DNA of 64,000 bases, from positions 1 to 64,000 of the IMG/VR virus record IMGVR_UViG_3300037010_003037. One strand, given 5' to 3'. The notes under the pieces were generated by a model. That model saw nothing but the letters and a program-made list of their open reading frames with translations. It was not told the origin of the DNA and did not search any database. Source of the stretch: a virus. Of this stretch, positions 26,118 through 35,338 are shown piece after piece; the stretch's first letter is position 1; every line of letters starts with the position of its first letter. The position numbers and the translations under genes are program-made.

Positions 26118-27611
26118 ATGAAACTTATTGATTTATGTGAGTCAAAAATTAGCGGTAGCAAGGCGCATCTTGCAATGAGCGCTATGGTATCGTACATACA
26201 GCGTAAGCTAGGTCAAAAGCTTATTAAAATTCCAGGTGTTGAGCACTTCAAGAATTCTCGTGAAAGTGGGTATGGGTATCGTTATGTCTTTAATGGCTCA
26301 ACGAAAATGATACGCTTCAATTGGGCATCAGAGCCAAAAACTGGAATGACAGCAGAAATCCAGTCAATTGATATCTTTGATGGAAAGCATGATCCATCTT
26401 TTAACATTAAAACTAGTGGGGTATCATTAGTTAAATCACTACCGGCACTTGTAGCAGCGCTTGAATCACCAACAGTTGGAAAAAGAACAGTTTTTCCTGT
26501 AGATGCTTCTGAGGCTCTTACTGAACAAGTACTTCGTGAAGCAAAGCGTGATGACTTTACAGCAGAAGAAGCGCTCTCTGACTTTTTGTCACAGCTCATT
26601 AAAGGTAATACATTAACACGCTCTGATTTTATTGGGCGTTATCACATTATAAATGTTGGTATTTTTGACACCATCGTTCGTGATTTCAAGGATAAATTTG
26701 AAATATCTGGAAAAAGAGTTGGCCTAGGTGGTAATGTTAATGTAAATGATCTAAAGAAAGAAATTCTTGGTAAAGCAGGTGTTTTAGTTATCACTAAAGG
26801 TGGATCTAATGAAGCGTATGAGCAAACTCGTGCTGAAATACAGGCGCAAGAAGCTGCTCAGCGCCATGAACATGTATCATACTCAGACTCAATTGAGCAC
26901 CTTGAAGGACTAGTAACTGGTATTGTCAAAGGCGCATTCAATGCTTTGTTTGTTACAGGAAGAGGTGGAACAGGAAAAACACAAACAGTTGAAAGAGTTT
27001 TAGAATCACATGGTTTAACTGATGGTCAAGGATATTTCAAGAACACTGGTTCTGCGTCGGCAGCCGGTATATATGCTCTACTTTACCATCACCGCGATAG
27101 CATTATTCTCTTTGATGATTCGGATGGAGCTTTAGCAGATCAAGATGCTAGAAACATCATTAAGGCAGCTACTGATACTAAGAAGAAGCGCAAGTTAGTT
27201 TGGAACAAGAAATCATCATTTATCTTTGATCCAGACAAAGAGGATCCAGAAGATTATGAAGATGATCCAACGATGGCACCAAAGTACTTTGATTTTTATG
27301 GGCGCATTATCTTTATCTCTAACCTATCTTTAGACAAGTTAGACCCTGACGGCGCGCTTAGAACTCGTGCGTTTATCATCAACATTAATCCAACAGATGA
27401 AGAAATGTTCGAATACATGGAGAAAATTCTGTTTGATATTAAGCTTGAAGAAGGGCTGACACTTTCTAAAGAAGAGAGATACAAAGTGCTCGATGTTGTA
27501 AAATCCTCAAAACGCAAGGGTGAAGTGTCTCTTAGAAAGCTTGTGCGTGCTCTCAACCTCGCTGCTTCAGGCGCACCTAACTGGGAAAAATTGGTCACGC
27601 TTTACTGCTAA
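26118..27611 (+). CDS. P-loop (AAA+-like) ATPase with an N-terminal extension and capsid-targeting-like leader
   Basis: GRGGTGKT Walker A, LFDDSD Walker B, IIFISN, ALRTRA; MKLIDLCE-S leader; TAAATA at 26079-26084. Confidence 0.8.
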   Translation: MKLIDLCESKISGSKAHLAMSAMVSYIQRKLGQKLIKIPGVEHFKNSRESGYGYRYVFNGSTKMIRFNWASEPKTGMTAEIQSIDIFDGKHDPSFNIKTSGVSLVKSLPALVAALESPTVGKRTVFPVDASEALTEQVLREAKRDDFTAEEALSDFLSQLIKGNTLTRSDFIGRYHIINVGIFDTIVRDFKDKFEISGKRVGLGGNVNVNDLKKEILGKAGVLVITKGGSNEAYEQTRAEIQAQEAAQRHEHVSYSDSIEHLEGLVTGIVKGAFNALFVTGRGGTGKTQTVERVLESHGLTDGQGYFKNTGSASAAGIYALLYHHRDSIILFDDSDGALADQDARNIIKAATDTKKKRKLVWNKKSSFIFDPDKEDPEDYEDDPTMAPKYFDFYGRIIFISNLSLDKLDPDGALRTRAFIININPTDEEMFEYMEKILFDIKLEEGLTLSKEERYKVLDVVKSSKRKGEVSLRKLVRALNLAASGAPNWEKLVTLYC

Positions 27612-27630
27612 GTATAGATTAGACAATAAT

Positions 27631-27659
27631 AATTACCCTCATCTAAGATGAGGGTAATT
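27631..27659 (+). terminator. Intrinsic terminator
   Basis: aattaccctcatct-a-agatgagggtaatt hairpin followed by T residues. Confidence 0.7.
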
Positions 27660-27729
27660 TTATGCGCGGGCTTTAGCCATTTATATTATTCTATTCTAGA
27701 GATAGAATAATAATCTTTAGAAAAACAGC

Positions 27730-27782
27730 GTTACACTTAGTTACAATTGGACTGATCATTTTTAACAGGTTCATGGTATAAT
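27730..27782 (+). promoter_or_regulatory. Extended -10 promoter with upstream GTTACA boxes
   Basis: GTTACA at 27730 and 27740; TGG-TATAAT at 27777-27782. Confidence 0.6.
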
Positions 27783-27788
27783 TTCTTC

Positions 27789-28121
27789 ATGAACGAAAAA
27801 AACACTCAGAAACGTAAGCGCCGTTCAGATCGTATGCACATTGTTTACGTGCTGATTAATACCATTACAGGTGAGCATTATGTTGGTATTACAGCATGCA
27901 TTGATCGATCAGGCAAGGAAACACTTGCAGCTAGGTTCTCACGTCATGTCGGTCGTGCCTTTAACCAGAACAAGGACTGGGCTCTGTGTAAATCAATTCG
28001 GGAATATGGTCCTGAAGTTTTTGTTCCTATAATTTTTGACTTTGTTCGTGGTAAAGCAGCAGCACACGCGATGGAAAATGAATTACGTAAATCCGGTGAT
28101 TTCAAACTCAACACATTCTAA
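27789..28121 (+). CDS. Small GIY-YIG-like nuclease domain protein
   Basis: HIVYVLINTITGEHYVGIT...RFSRH...ME.EL. Confidence 0.65.
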   Translation: MNEKNTQKRKRRSDRMHIVYVLINTITGEHYVGITACIDRSGKETLAARFSRHVGRAFNQNKDWALCKSIREYGPEVFVPIIFDFVRGKAAAHAMENELRKSGDFKLNTF

Positions 28122-28128
28122 ATTTAAA

Positions 28129-28320
28129 ATGAATAATGGTCTTCAACTTGCACTATACAGTGGTAACTCCTCAGCTAAAAATGCTGAAATTCGTGCGAAT
28201 GCCGTGTTTATCTATGCAAAGCTAGTAGAAGCTGGCGTTTCTATTGATAAAGCTCGTAAAGCAGTGGAGAAACTATTTCAAGATGGTCGTGAGCAGGGTC
28301 ATCTTGATAAACAATTTTGA
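28129..28320 (+). CDS. Hypothetical protein
   Basis: In-frame ATG just after the previous stop codon. Confidence 0.55.
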   Translation: MNNGLQLALYSGNSSAKNAEIRANAVFIYAKLVEAGVSIDKARKAVEKLFQDGREQGHLDKQF

Positions 28321-28340
28321 TTTTTATAAAGGCAGTTGAG

Positions 28341-28520
28341 ATGAAACTTCGTAATTTTGATCTTGAAGACCTCGAATCTTACCAAGATTTGAAATATATT
28401 CAAAAGCTGATGAAGCGCAAAAGCGGTCATTTCAAGGATGTTGATAATGATGAAAGGCGCAAACAAGGAAAGCCTCGTGATCGTGTTGAAATGCGTAACC
28501 GTAAGCAAGGAGAATTTTGA
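28341..28520 (+). CDS. Hypothetical basic protein
   Basis: ATG 28341; stop overlaps the next start. Confidence 0.55.
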   Translation: MKLRNFDLEDLESYQDLKYIQKLMKRKSGHFKDVDNDERRKQGKPRDRVEMRNRKQGEF

Positions 28521-29305
28521 TGGATACCCATGACTACCAATTTTTGTCTGAATTTTTCCCTACAGAAATTAAGGAAGAACGCTATCGCGTAATCCAAGAT
28601 ATGGTGAAATTTATTGTGCAGTGCGTTGATAATCGAAATGAATCGTCATCCCAACTAGCTGCAACACACCTGTTGCAAAATAGCGTTAACGCAATGCTCT
28701 TCCGATATGCTGAGCACACTCCTAAGATGTTCAAACGACGGGTATTTGATTTGCCTGCAACCATCCCCCTAGTCATTGAGGCAGTTCGTAAGTCCATGAA
28801 GCGTGCTATGGTTTCTAAAATCTGTCAGGCACCATTTGCGCTAAATGGACTATCTGAAGCTCTTAGTAATGAACTGCAAGCAGAAGAAATGTTGTGGGAA
28901 GAGCCCAAGGTTCCCTCTGTTAAAGAGGCATTCACTATGGCTAAAGCTAACTTTGTTCGAATTGAAACAGGAATTGTGTTCTTTGTTGCACTGTATGAGA
29001 TGCTTCGTCCATCTCCATACGTCGATATTACACTGGACGGAGTTGATGCAGTTCGAACCGTGCTTTACCATCGACGCCTGGAATTCATGGTAAACGTTCT
29101 TCTCTTTGGTAACATGCTAGGTGGTGAGCATGGCAAAGAAGCAACCAAGATGATGATGCGTGAAATGGTGTATGATCCAAATGCTAACATCAATTTTAGC
29201 GTCATTCAGTTCTTGCAACCGCTTGGTTTCGTTCGAAGTGGATATCTATCTGCGTATGACAAAGCATTTCGCGAGGATATCGTCAAGCATTATGAAAGAC
29301 TGTGA
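28517..29305 (+). CDS. Hypothetical protein
   Basis: AGGAG RBS; long ORF within the operon. Confidence 0.75.
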   Translation: MMDTHDYQFLSEFFPTEIKEERYRVIQDMVKFIVQCVDNRNESSSQLAATHLLQNSVNAMLFRYAEHTPKMFKRRVFDLPATIPLVIEAVRKSMKRAMVSKICQAPFALNGLSEALSNELQAEEMLWEEPKVPSVKEAFTMAKANFVRIETGIVFFVALYEMLRPSPYVDITLDGVDAVRTVLYHRRLEFMVNVLLFGNMLGGEHGKEATKMMMREMVYDPNANINFSVIQFLQPLGFVRSGYLSAYDKAFREDIVKHYERL

Positions 29306-29354
29306 TAGATCACTTTTCGAAAACTATACCATCGCAAAAATTATAGGTGTTAAA

Positions 29355-29771
29355 ATGCAAAATGAAATTATGGGAATTGTTCTCAAGAAGATTGCCTCTG
29401 ATGAAGCTCCATACAGTTCGATCGTGAAGATGACAGCACAGAAGTTGATGAAAAGCTCGTACATGTCTCTTGGGGATTTTTTCAAAAGCTTGACTAATAA
29501 TGATTTGACGGTTCTTAATCTTATGGTTGATATGTTTGAAACAGATGAGCGGTGTCAAGAAGATTTGATAGTTCTAACAGAAATGCTAGCAATGGCAGAA
29601 GGAGAAGATATATCTGCTGACGCTAAACAGCTTGTAAGCAACGTGGCATATTTCTGTGATCTTGTGGCAATTACCTCATTGTATCGGAAAGGTCTTGTTG
29701 ATGTGATTTTTCAGAACATGTCTTTCGGATCTGACATGAGTGACAAACCTGTTGTAAGAGTTAAGATGTAA
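29355..29771 (+). CDS. Hypothetical protein
   Basis: ATG 29355 with an AGGTG RBS avoids overlap with the upstream gene. Confidence 0.65.
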   Translation: MQNEIMGIVLKKIASDEAPYSSIVKMTAQKLMKSSYMSLGDFFKSLTNNDLTVLNLMVDMFETDERCQEDLIVLTEMLAMAEGEDISADAKQLVSNVAYFCDLVAITSLYRKGLVDVIFQNMSFGSDMSDKPVVRVKM

Positions 29772-29810
29772 AACATGAGGTGTTATAAAGCTTGGAAACT
29801 GAAAATTTCT

Positions 29811-29863
29811 GTTACACTTTTCTGCCCAAAAAACTGAGCATATTTCTGCAGGTATGGTATAAT
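29811..29863 (+). promoter_or_regulatory. Extended -10 promoter with an upstream GTTACA box
   Basis: GTTACA at 29811; TGG-TATAAT at 29858-29863. Confidence 0.6.
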
Positions 29864-29898
29864 ACATCTATCGGTTAAACAAACTTAGGAACCTTTAG

Positions 29899-30864
29899 AT
29901 GACTAATGTTGCAGTTCTTTCTTTTGAATCACGTACTGGTAAATGGATGGCGTCCTACGCTGGGAAGATTTTGGCAGCTTCCTCTAACAAAGAATATGTA
30001 GTCAATAACATTAGGGCCGGGCGCTGTACAAAAGCCAAAGCTTTCAATGTTACTGATGTTCGTGAGGTTGGTGAAACTAATGTGAACACAGCAACAGGCA
30101 AAACTGAAAAAATAGATCGTTTTGGAATCAACGAGCGCTTTGATTTCCTCACAGATTTTGTCAGTATGATCGCAGATCGTACTTGTCCCTCTTTGGTAGT
30201 AACTGGAGAAGGGGGGCTTGGCAAAACCTTCACCGTGAACAAAGCGCTGAATGATGCTGGTCTCAAGAATTCAGCAGACATGGTAGGTTTTGGCTCTGAC
30301 AGCGATCTCTTTGAGGAGCAATCTCGCAAGCTCTATAGCGTAGTGAAAGGTTACTCTACGGCAAAAGGTTTGTACCGCACTCTTTATGAGAATCGGAATC
30401 GCATCATCGTGTTTGATGACTGTGACTCTGTTCTCAAAGATCCAGTCGCCTTGAACCTTCTCAAAGGCGCTCTTGACTCTTATGATCGACGTATCATCTC
30501 GTGGAATGCTGAAACGTTTGGTGATGATGATCTGCCACGCTCGTTCGAGTTCAAAGGTGGTGTTATCTTCATCTCTAACCTGCCAATCTATAAGGTTGAT
30601 CAAGCTATCCGCTCTCGCGCTATCTGCGTTGATCTCTCAATGACCGCAGATCAGAAGATCGAGCGCATGAATGCCATCATCAAATCCGATGATTTCATGC
30701 AAGATTATGACCTTGAAATCAAGGAAGCAGCGCTGAAGTTCCTTAATGAGATGAGAGATTCTGCTAAGGAATTGAATCTTCGCACACTCATCTCCACTAT
30801 TAAGGTTGCTGCTCGTGGTGGCGATTGGAAACGTCGGGCAGAATATCTGTTGACATCTGTTTAA
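29899..30864 (+). CDS. P-loop (AAA+-like) ATPase, paralogue of 26118..27611
   Basis: GEGGLGKT, VFDDCD, NLLKGALD, VIFISN, AIRSRA. Confidence 0.82.
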   Translation: MTNVAVLSFESRTGKWMASYAGKILAASSNKEYVVNNIRAGRCTKAKAFNVTDVREVGETNVNTATGKTEKIDRFGINERFDFLTDFVSMIADRTCPSLVVTGEGGLGKTFTVNKALNDAGLKNSADMVGFGSDSDLFEEQSRKLYSVVKGYSTAKGLYRTLYENRNRIIVFDDCDSVLKDPVALNLLKGALDSYDRRIISWNAETFGDDDLPRSFEFKGGVIFISNLPIYKVDQAIRSRAICVDLSMTADQKIERMNAIIKSDDFMQDYDLEIKEAALKFLNEMRDSAKELNLRTLISTIKVAARGGDWKRRAEYLLTSV

Positions 30865-30876
30865 GGAGTTCCAGAA

Positions 30877-31221
30877 ATGAATATGGAAAAAATTATGAAT
30901 TGCTCTGATGTTTACCTTCGCACCCGTCGTGAAGAGCTTATCAAAAACCTGTCAATGATTGATGAAGAGCTTGATCGTCGCCATCAAGAAGCTCTGAAAC
31001 AAGTAGAAGTAACAAAAATTGGAAATGGTCATTTTATCTTAAAACATCCAGTTTTTGGGGAGTTCGAGGCTAAAAATGTAGCGCATGTTGGTAGATACCG
31101 TGTATGGCGCCGCGTTGCTGGAGTTCGGGGAACGAAGCGTGGTGAGGTGGTTGTGAATGAGTCACTTTATGGGATCAATCACATTCGAGAACAAATTTGT
31201 AAGCATGGGTTTGCAAAATGA
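30877..31221 (+). CDS. Hypothetical protein
   Basis: AGGAG RBS; within the operon. Confidence 0.7.
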   Translation: MNMEKIMNCSDVYLRTRREELIKNLSMIDEELDRRHQEALKQVEVTKIGNGHFILKHPVFGEFEAKNVAHVGRYRVWRRVAGVRGTKRGEVVVNESLYGINHIREQICKHGFAK

Positions 31222-31418
31222 ACAAGATTTTCATGCTACTTATCGAGCACCTCGATGGTGATGTTGCCATTGCAAAGGGCGCTGACAACAAGATCGTCAT
31301 CTCTACAGAGGAAAACGTTTATCTGCTCAATGAGCTTGGTGACCGTTTACTTGATGATGACATCATCAAAGGATACCAGATCGTTACCTCAATTGGCTCC
31401 CCAGTAAGGAAACTATAA
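31218..31418 (+). CDS. Hypothetical protein
   Basis: ATGA overlap with the upstream gene. Confidence 0.6.
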   Translation: MNKIFMLLIEHLDGDVAIAKGADNKIVISTEENVYLLNELGDRLLDDDIIKGYQIVTSIGSPVRKL

Positions 31419-31419
31419 A

Positions 31420-31926
31420 ATGAAAAAGATCTTTTTTGCGACGCTTATGATGCTTTCGTTGAGTGCGAAAGCAGGATTTGCAGGATTCGTTCTTGGTTCT
31501 ACCATGTGCTCAGATGGCAATCTGAAAGAATCGTTATCAGTCGTAAGGCCAACATCGTCGAGTACTGCTATCATGACATGCGCCAAGTATCCATATATCG
31601 AAGGGGCATGTGAAGTAGCACCACGAACGACAATTTTCTTTACTGAGATTTTTAACTCGCGTCGACTTAAAGAAGATGAGCAGAAATTCTGGGACAAATG
31701 CCGCAAACAATTTGAGGATGTAACAGGTGAGCGTGTCACAGATAACTCTGATGTGACTATGAGGATTGATGCTCACGGAGAAAAGCAAGTAGCGAGTTGT
31801 GCTGGCTCTATTCGGCATGTGCTTGTCTTTGACTACATTAAAAAGGCAGGGTACTCTAAAATAGACGAGACAAGAGTCATGTACAAAGGAGACACAAAGA
31901 TACTAGTAATGAAGGTTTCAAAATGA
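31420..31926 (+). CDS. Hypothetical exported protein
   Basis: Signal-peptide-like MKKIFFATLMMLSLSAKA; several Cys residues. Confidence 0.65.
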   Translation: MKKIFFATLMMLSLSAKAGFAGFVLGSTMCSDGNLKESLSVVRPTSSSTAIMTCAKYPYIEGACEVAPRTTIFFTEIFNSRRLKEDEQKFWDKCRKQFEDVTGERVTDNSDVTMRIDAHGEKQVASCAGSIRHVLVFDYIKKAGYSKIDETRVMYKGDTKILVMKVSK

Positions 31927-32177
31927 ACGCTCATGATGCAGTTAGACTTCATCGTCAGGTACTAAGACAGATCTTTGATGAGGAGTATTTTCCTTATCTC
32001 GCGCAGCAGCTTATGGAAGCTGATCGATATGCTAACATCGCAGAAACCAAAGACACATGTGCTATTTGTAGCTTCTGGAGCACCTTTTGGTTTCTACTGC
32101 AAGATCATCAGTACGAAAAAAATTCTCTCTACTTTCTTATTTGTGATCTTGCAGAAGGTTCATACCTTATCAGGTAA
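31923..32177 (+). CDS. Hypothetical protein
   Basis: ATGA overlap. Confidence 0.6.
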   Translation: MNAHDAVRLHRQVLRQIFDEEYFPYLAQQLMEADRYANIAETKDTCAICSFWSTFWFLLQDHQYEKNSLYFLICDLAEGSYLIR

Positions 32178-32246
32178 TAATCTTACTTTTGACTGAGCAG
32201 TGTTTAGTTCATTATACTACACGCCGTTAAGATGTGTGGACAAAAT

Positions 32247-33512
32247 TCAAAATATCTTAAAACCATCAGGTAACCATTTTTTAAGATCAAAATCATAACC
32301 TAAAATGACCCGTATGGTTGATAGCATGTGTTCATAGTAAATGTCATCTTCTTCATGATGTTTAATTTGGTAAACAATAAAGTTTATTAATTCTTGGAAT
32401 GCTTTCTTATCTTTATAGATGTGTTCAACGTATTCACGATCATGTGTAATGATAAAAAGCACTTGGTCATTAGAATAACCATAGCTCTTTTTAGCTAATT
32501 CTATCAATTCCATTGGTTCAAACTTAAGAAATACTTTTTTGCATTCTTTCAATAATGAAACATATGTAACGTGTTTAGGGTTATTAAAATAATCAAACAG
32601 TTCAATCAAACCATTCTTAATGGTATCGTTAAGCTTTATGTTTGATTTAGCAAAGCTTCTATTAATCCAATCAACAATTTTAATTGGATGTTTAGCGAAT
32701 GCTTTACGAACATTTTCAAAGATTTTAGCTAACAAATCATTTGTAAGCTTCTTAGGGTCAATCAGCTCAATAACACCCCATTTTTTAGCTTCTTCGTCAA
32801 AAATCTTGTAGAGAACTGGGTATTTGTGTGCAAGCTCACTTAGATCAACTGGTTGATCTGCCGCATTCATGAATTGGTCTGTTGCAAAATGGAACTGGTA
32901 TTTCTTACCATCATCGGTAATCACAATGTACAATGGAGCCCAAGGTTTGCTGTAATAGTTAAACAGATTATCTTTATTAGCAGCAGTACACCACCGCGTA
33001 CCTTTACCAAAACACTTGCTTGCTTCTTCCGTATGCGGTATGATAACTTTAACGCCACCGCCTTCATAAAATAATTCCGCCTGTTTTTCCTTGAAGAGCT
33101 TTTCTATGTACTCACGATTTAACTGCTTGTTAGATTTTTCATCATCAGTGTTAAATGGCGCGAGCGCATCATCAAGCTCAGCGGATGATGCATACTTATT
33201 CAGATCCTTCTTTTCAAGCTTATTTCTAAGTTTCTCGAATTTTTCAATAGAGTTCTTGATCTTGCTTGCATCTTCAAGAGAGAAATCACCCTGTTGGTAC
33301 CAATTAGCAATTTTCTGAAGATGTTTTTCCGAGATGTTGTTAGCCAGATATTTTACTACCTCAGCTGCGTTCTTTAATTTTGGTTTACCAGCACCTCTGT
33401 CCAGCATGTACGCATCCCAAAGATTATCACCTTGTTTATTAGTGATATACTCTACTCTGTCTTCTAACAGCATAGAGTTAAATGATTCTGCAAATGAAAG
33501 TAGTTGGAACAT
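32247..33512 (-). CDS. Hypothetical protein with a GTRWCTA motif domain and capsid-targeting-like leader
   Basis: Long ORF; KDLNKY, EEASKCFGKGTRWCTAA, KKYQFHF..QFMNAAD; leader ...SMLLE-D; minus-strand TAAATA at 33597-33602. Confidence 0.75.
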   Translation of the reverse strand: MFQLLSFAESFNSMLLEDRVEYITNKQGDNLWDAYMLDRGAGKPKLKNAAEVVKYLANNISEKHLQKIANWYQQGDFSLEDASKIKNSIEKFEKLRNKLEKKDLNKYASSAELDDALAPFNTDDEKSNKQLNREYIEKLFKEKQAELFYEGGGVKVIIPHTEEASKCFGKGTRWCTAANKDNLFNYYSKPWAPLYIVITDDGKKYQFHFATDQFMNAADQPVDLSELAHKYPVLYKIFDEEAKKWGVIELIDPKKLTNDLLAKIFENVRKAFAKHPIKIVDWINRSFAKSNIKLNDTIKNGLIELFDYFNNPKHVTYVSLLKECKKVFLKFEPMELIELAKKSYGYSNDQVLFIITHDREYVEHIYKDKKAFQELINFIVYQIKHHEEDDIYYEHMLSTIRVILGYDFDLKKWLPDGFKIF

Positions 33513-33817
33513 TGTTATTAGTGTCGCGAAAGATAATGTAGAAACTTATAATCCTGTGTCTCTTTAAAAACACAATATCTTTTTATATCTGTGCAATATT
33601 TATGGTATAATAATATTAGGAAAAATTTTTTAGGATGGGTTGAACTAGATTTCTTCATGCTCTGGAACTGACAACATACATTATTGATTATTGATTATTG
33701 ATTCGACCAGAATATTGATGAAACTCATTACACTGATGAGAGTCTGTAATTAGAGTAATTAGTGTTTGTAATAACTGATGCATTATATCAGCTTCATATT
33801 GTTTTTGGAGGTTTAAA

Positions 33818-35041
33818 ATGTTAACAGTGAAAATGAGAAATTTGATGATGATTGGTATTATCGCTGTATTGACAGCGTGCGGTGGTGGCGGAGATTTCAC
33901 AACAACACCAGTTGTCACAACAACACCAGTTGTCACAACAACACCAGTTGTCACAACACCAATTCCTGCATTTAAGACGAGTTATGAGAACGCGAATGGC
34001 TATGGCATGTCGCATATTAACTTTCCTGCGACAGTACAAATTGGTATTGGTCAAGTAGCGTGGGGCACTGCTGATTTCTTTAAGACAGGAAACATTGATA
34101 TCTTTACGGCAAAGCAGAATTACAACACCAGTATTCCGTATAGTGTCGTAACGCTTGATGTCAAGTATCAAAGTGATTTTCAGTTTTGGCGACGGGATCC
34201 AGCAACAGGAACGCTAACCCAAGTTGGCCCTACATACAAAGGTTGCTTGCATCCGCGTAAAGCTGTTGTTGCAGATTTTAACAACGATGGTTGGCCTGAT
34301 GTATTTGTCGCATGTCACGGATATGATGCTCCTGTCAATGGGATATGGCTTGGCGAGAAAAGTAAATTGCTGCTTAGTGATGGCAAAGGTGGATTTACTG
34401 TAACCGATGCAACTGACGAAGCAGGATTTTACCATGGAGCTACCGCTGCTGATGTGAACGGCGATGGTTGGGTAGACATAGTGGTGACAAATAATTTTAA
34501 TCTAACCCACCCTCTCTTTGTATTATTAAACAACAAAGATGGTACGTTTACAAAGGATGAGACGAGAATAAAAAATGTGACCCCGGGTCCATTTTTCTCG
34601 GTCGAACTGGTCGATGTAAATGGTGATGGTATTCTTGACCTTATTGCTGGCGGTCATGAGGCAACTCCAGATTGCACTGACTATGTAGGATGCACTGCCG
34701 AAACTGCTATTTTTTACGGGGATGCAACTGGAAATTTCGGGAATACTAAAAAAGTGATCCCAGCAGTCCCTGGGCAGGGCGTTGTATTAAGCTTTAACGT
34801 CGTGCATAGGAATGGTCAAAACGTAGTTTACGTTGGTAGAACATCAGACTCGACGAATCCCATTGGTTTTTACAAAACACGAGTTTTGCAAGCATACAAC
34901 GAAACAACTGGTACTAGTTCTGTATTGTTGAATGAAGTCGGGCAATGGATTCCATGGTGGGGCACCATTACACGTAATGGTGTAGTTGGTGTGGCACCAA
35001 TGGATGGAATATTCCCAGACTATTTTTTTAGTATCCCCTGA
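33818..35041 (+). CDS. Lipoprotein with FG-GAP/VCBS (DxNxDG) repeats
   Basis: GGAGG RBS; lipobox LTAC-GGGG; ADFNNDGWPD, ADVNGDGWVD, VDVNGDGILD. Confidence 0.85.
   Translation: MLTVKMRNLMMIGIIAVLTACGGGGDFTTTPVVTTTPVVTTTPVVTTPIPAFKTSYENANGYGMSHINFPATVQIGIGQVAWGTADFFKTGNIDIFTAKQNYNTSIPYSVVTLDVKYQSDFQFWRRDPATGTLTQVGPTYKGCLHPRKAVVADFNNDGWPDVFVACHGYDAPVNGIWLGEKSKLLLSDGKGGFTVTDATDEAGFYHGATAADVNGDGWVDIVVTNNFNLTHPLFVLLNNKDGTFTKDETRIKNVTPGPFFSVELVDVNGDGILDLIAGGHEATPDCTDYVGCTAETAIFYGDATGNFGNTKKVIPAVPGQGVVLSFNVVHRNGQNVVYVGRTSDSTNPIGFYKTRVLQAYNETTGTSSVLLNEVGQWIPWWGTITRNGVVGVAPMDGIFPDYFFSIP
33899..33961 (+). repeat. About 3.5 copies of an 18-nt repeat encoding a TTTPVV linker
   Basis: acaacaacaccagttgtc x3 plus a partial copy. 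Confidence 0.95.
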
Positions 35042-35066
35042 AATATTCATCCAAGCATTTGTTACA

Positions 35067-35106
35067 AGTGTTATATCGGGCTGCGTTCGCAGCCCGATAT
35101 AACACT
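35067..35106. repeat. Perfect 19-bp inverted repeat (hairpin/cruciform)
   Basis: agtgttatatcgggctgcg-tt-cgcagcccgatataacact. Confidence 0.9.
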
Positions 35107-35260
35107 GTTGTATGAATACGTCTGTGTTCATTTTCCTTGTGTAGATACTAATTTGACTGTCAAGAACCTCGTTACCATGACAAGGTTCAGGTTCCAGACA
35201 CGATACCAGTAACTTAACCTGATCAGTAATTGTTACATTTTGTGATACAGTTTTCAATTG

Positions 35261-35303
35261 GTTACAATTTATCTGCACAATTTTGCTCAGGTTGTGTTAT
35301 AAT
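35261..35303 (+). promoter_or_regulatory. Extended -10 promoter with upstream GTTACA boxes
   Basis: GTTACA at 35232 and 35261; TGT-TATAAT at 35298-35303. Confidence 0.6.
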
Positions 35304-35338
35304 TCAATTATCGATTAAACCACAGGAGTAACGTCCAA

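Noticed and set aside
27789-28121. Mobile homing endonuclease or intron
   Set aside because: Only a ~110-aa GIY-YIG-like domain with no DNA-binding extension, and it interrupts no gene; thyA and the topoisomerase genes are also uninterrupted.
33688-33954. Minus-strand ORF with TTGVVV repeats
   Set aside because: Antisense of the lipoprotein's TTTPVV linker.
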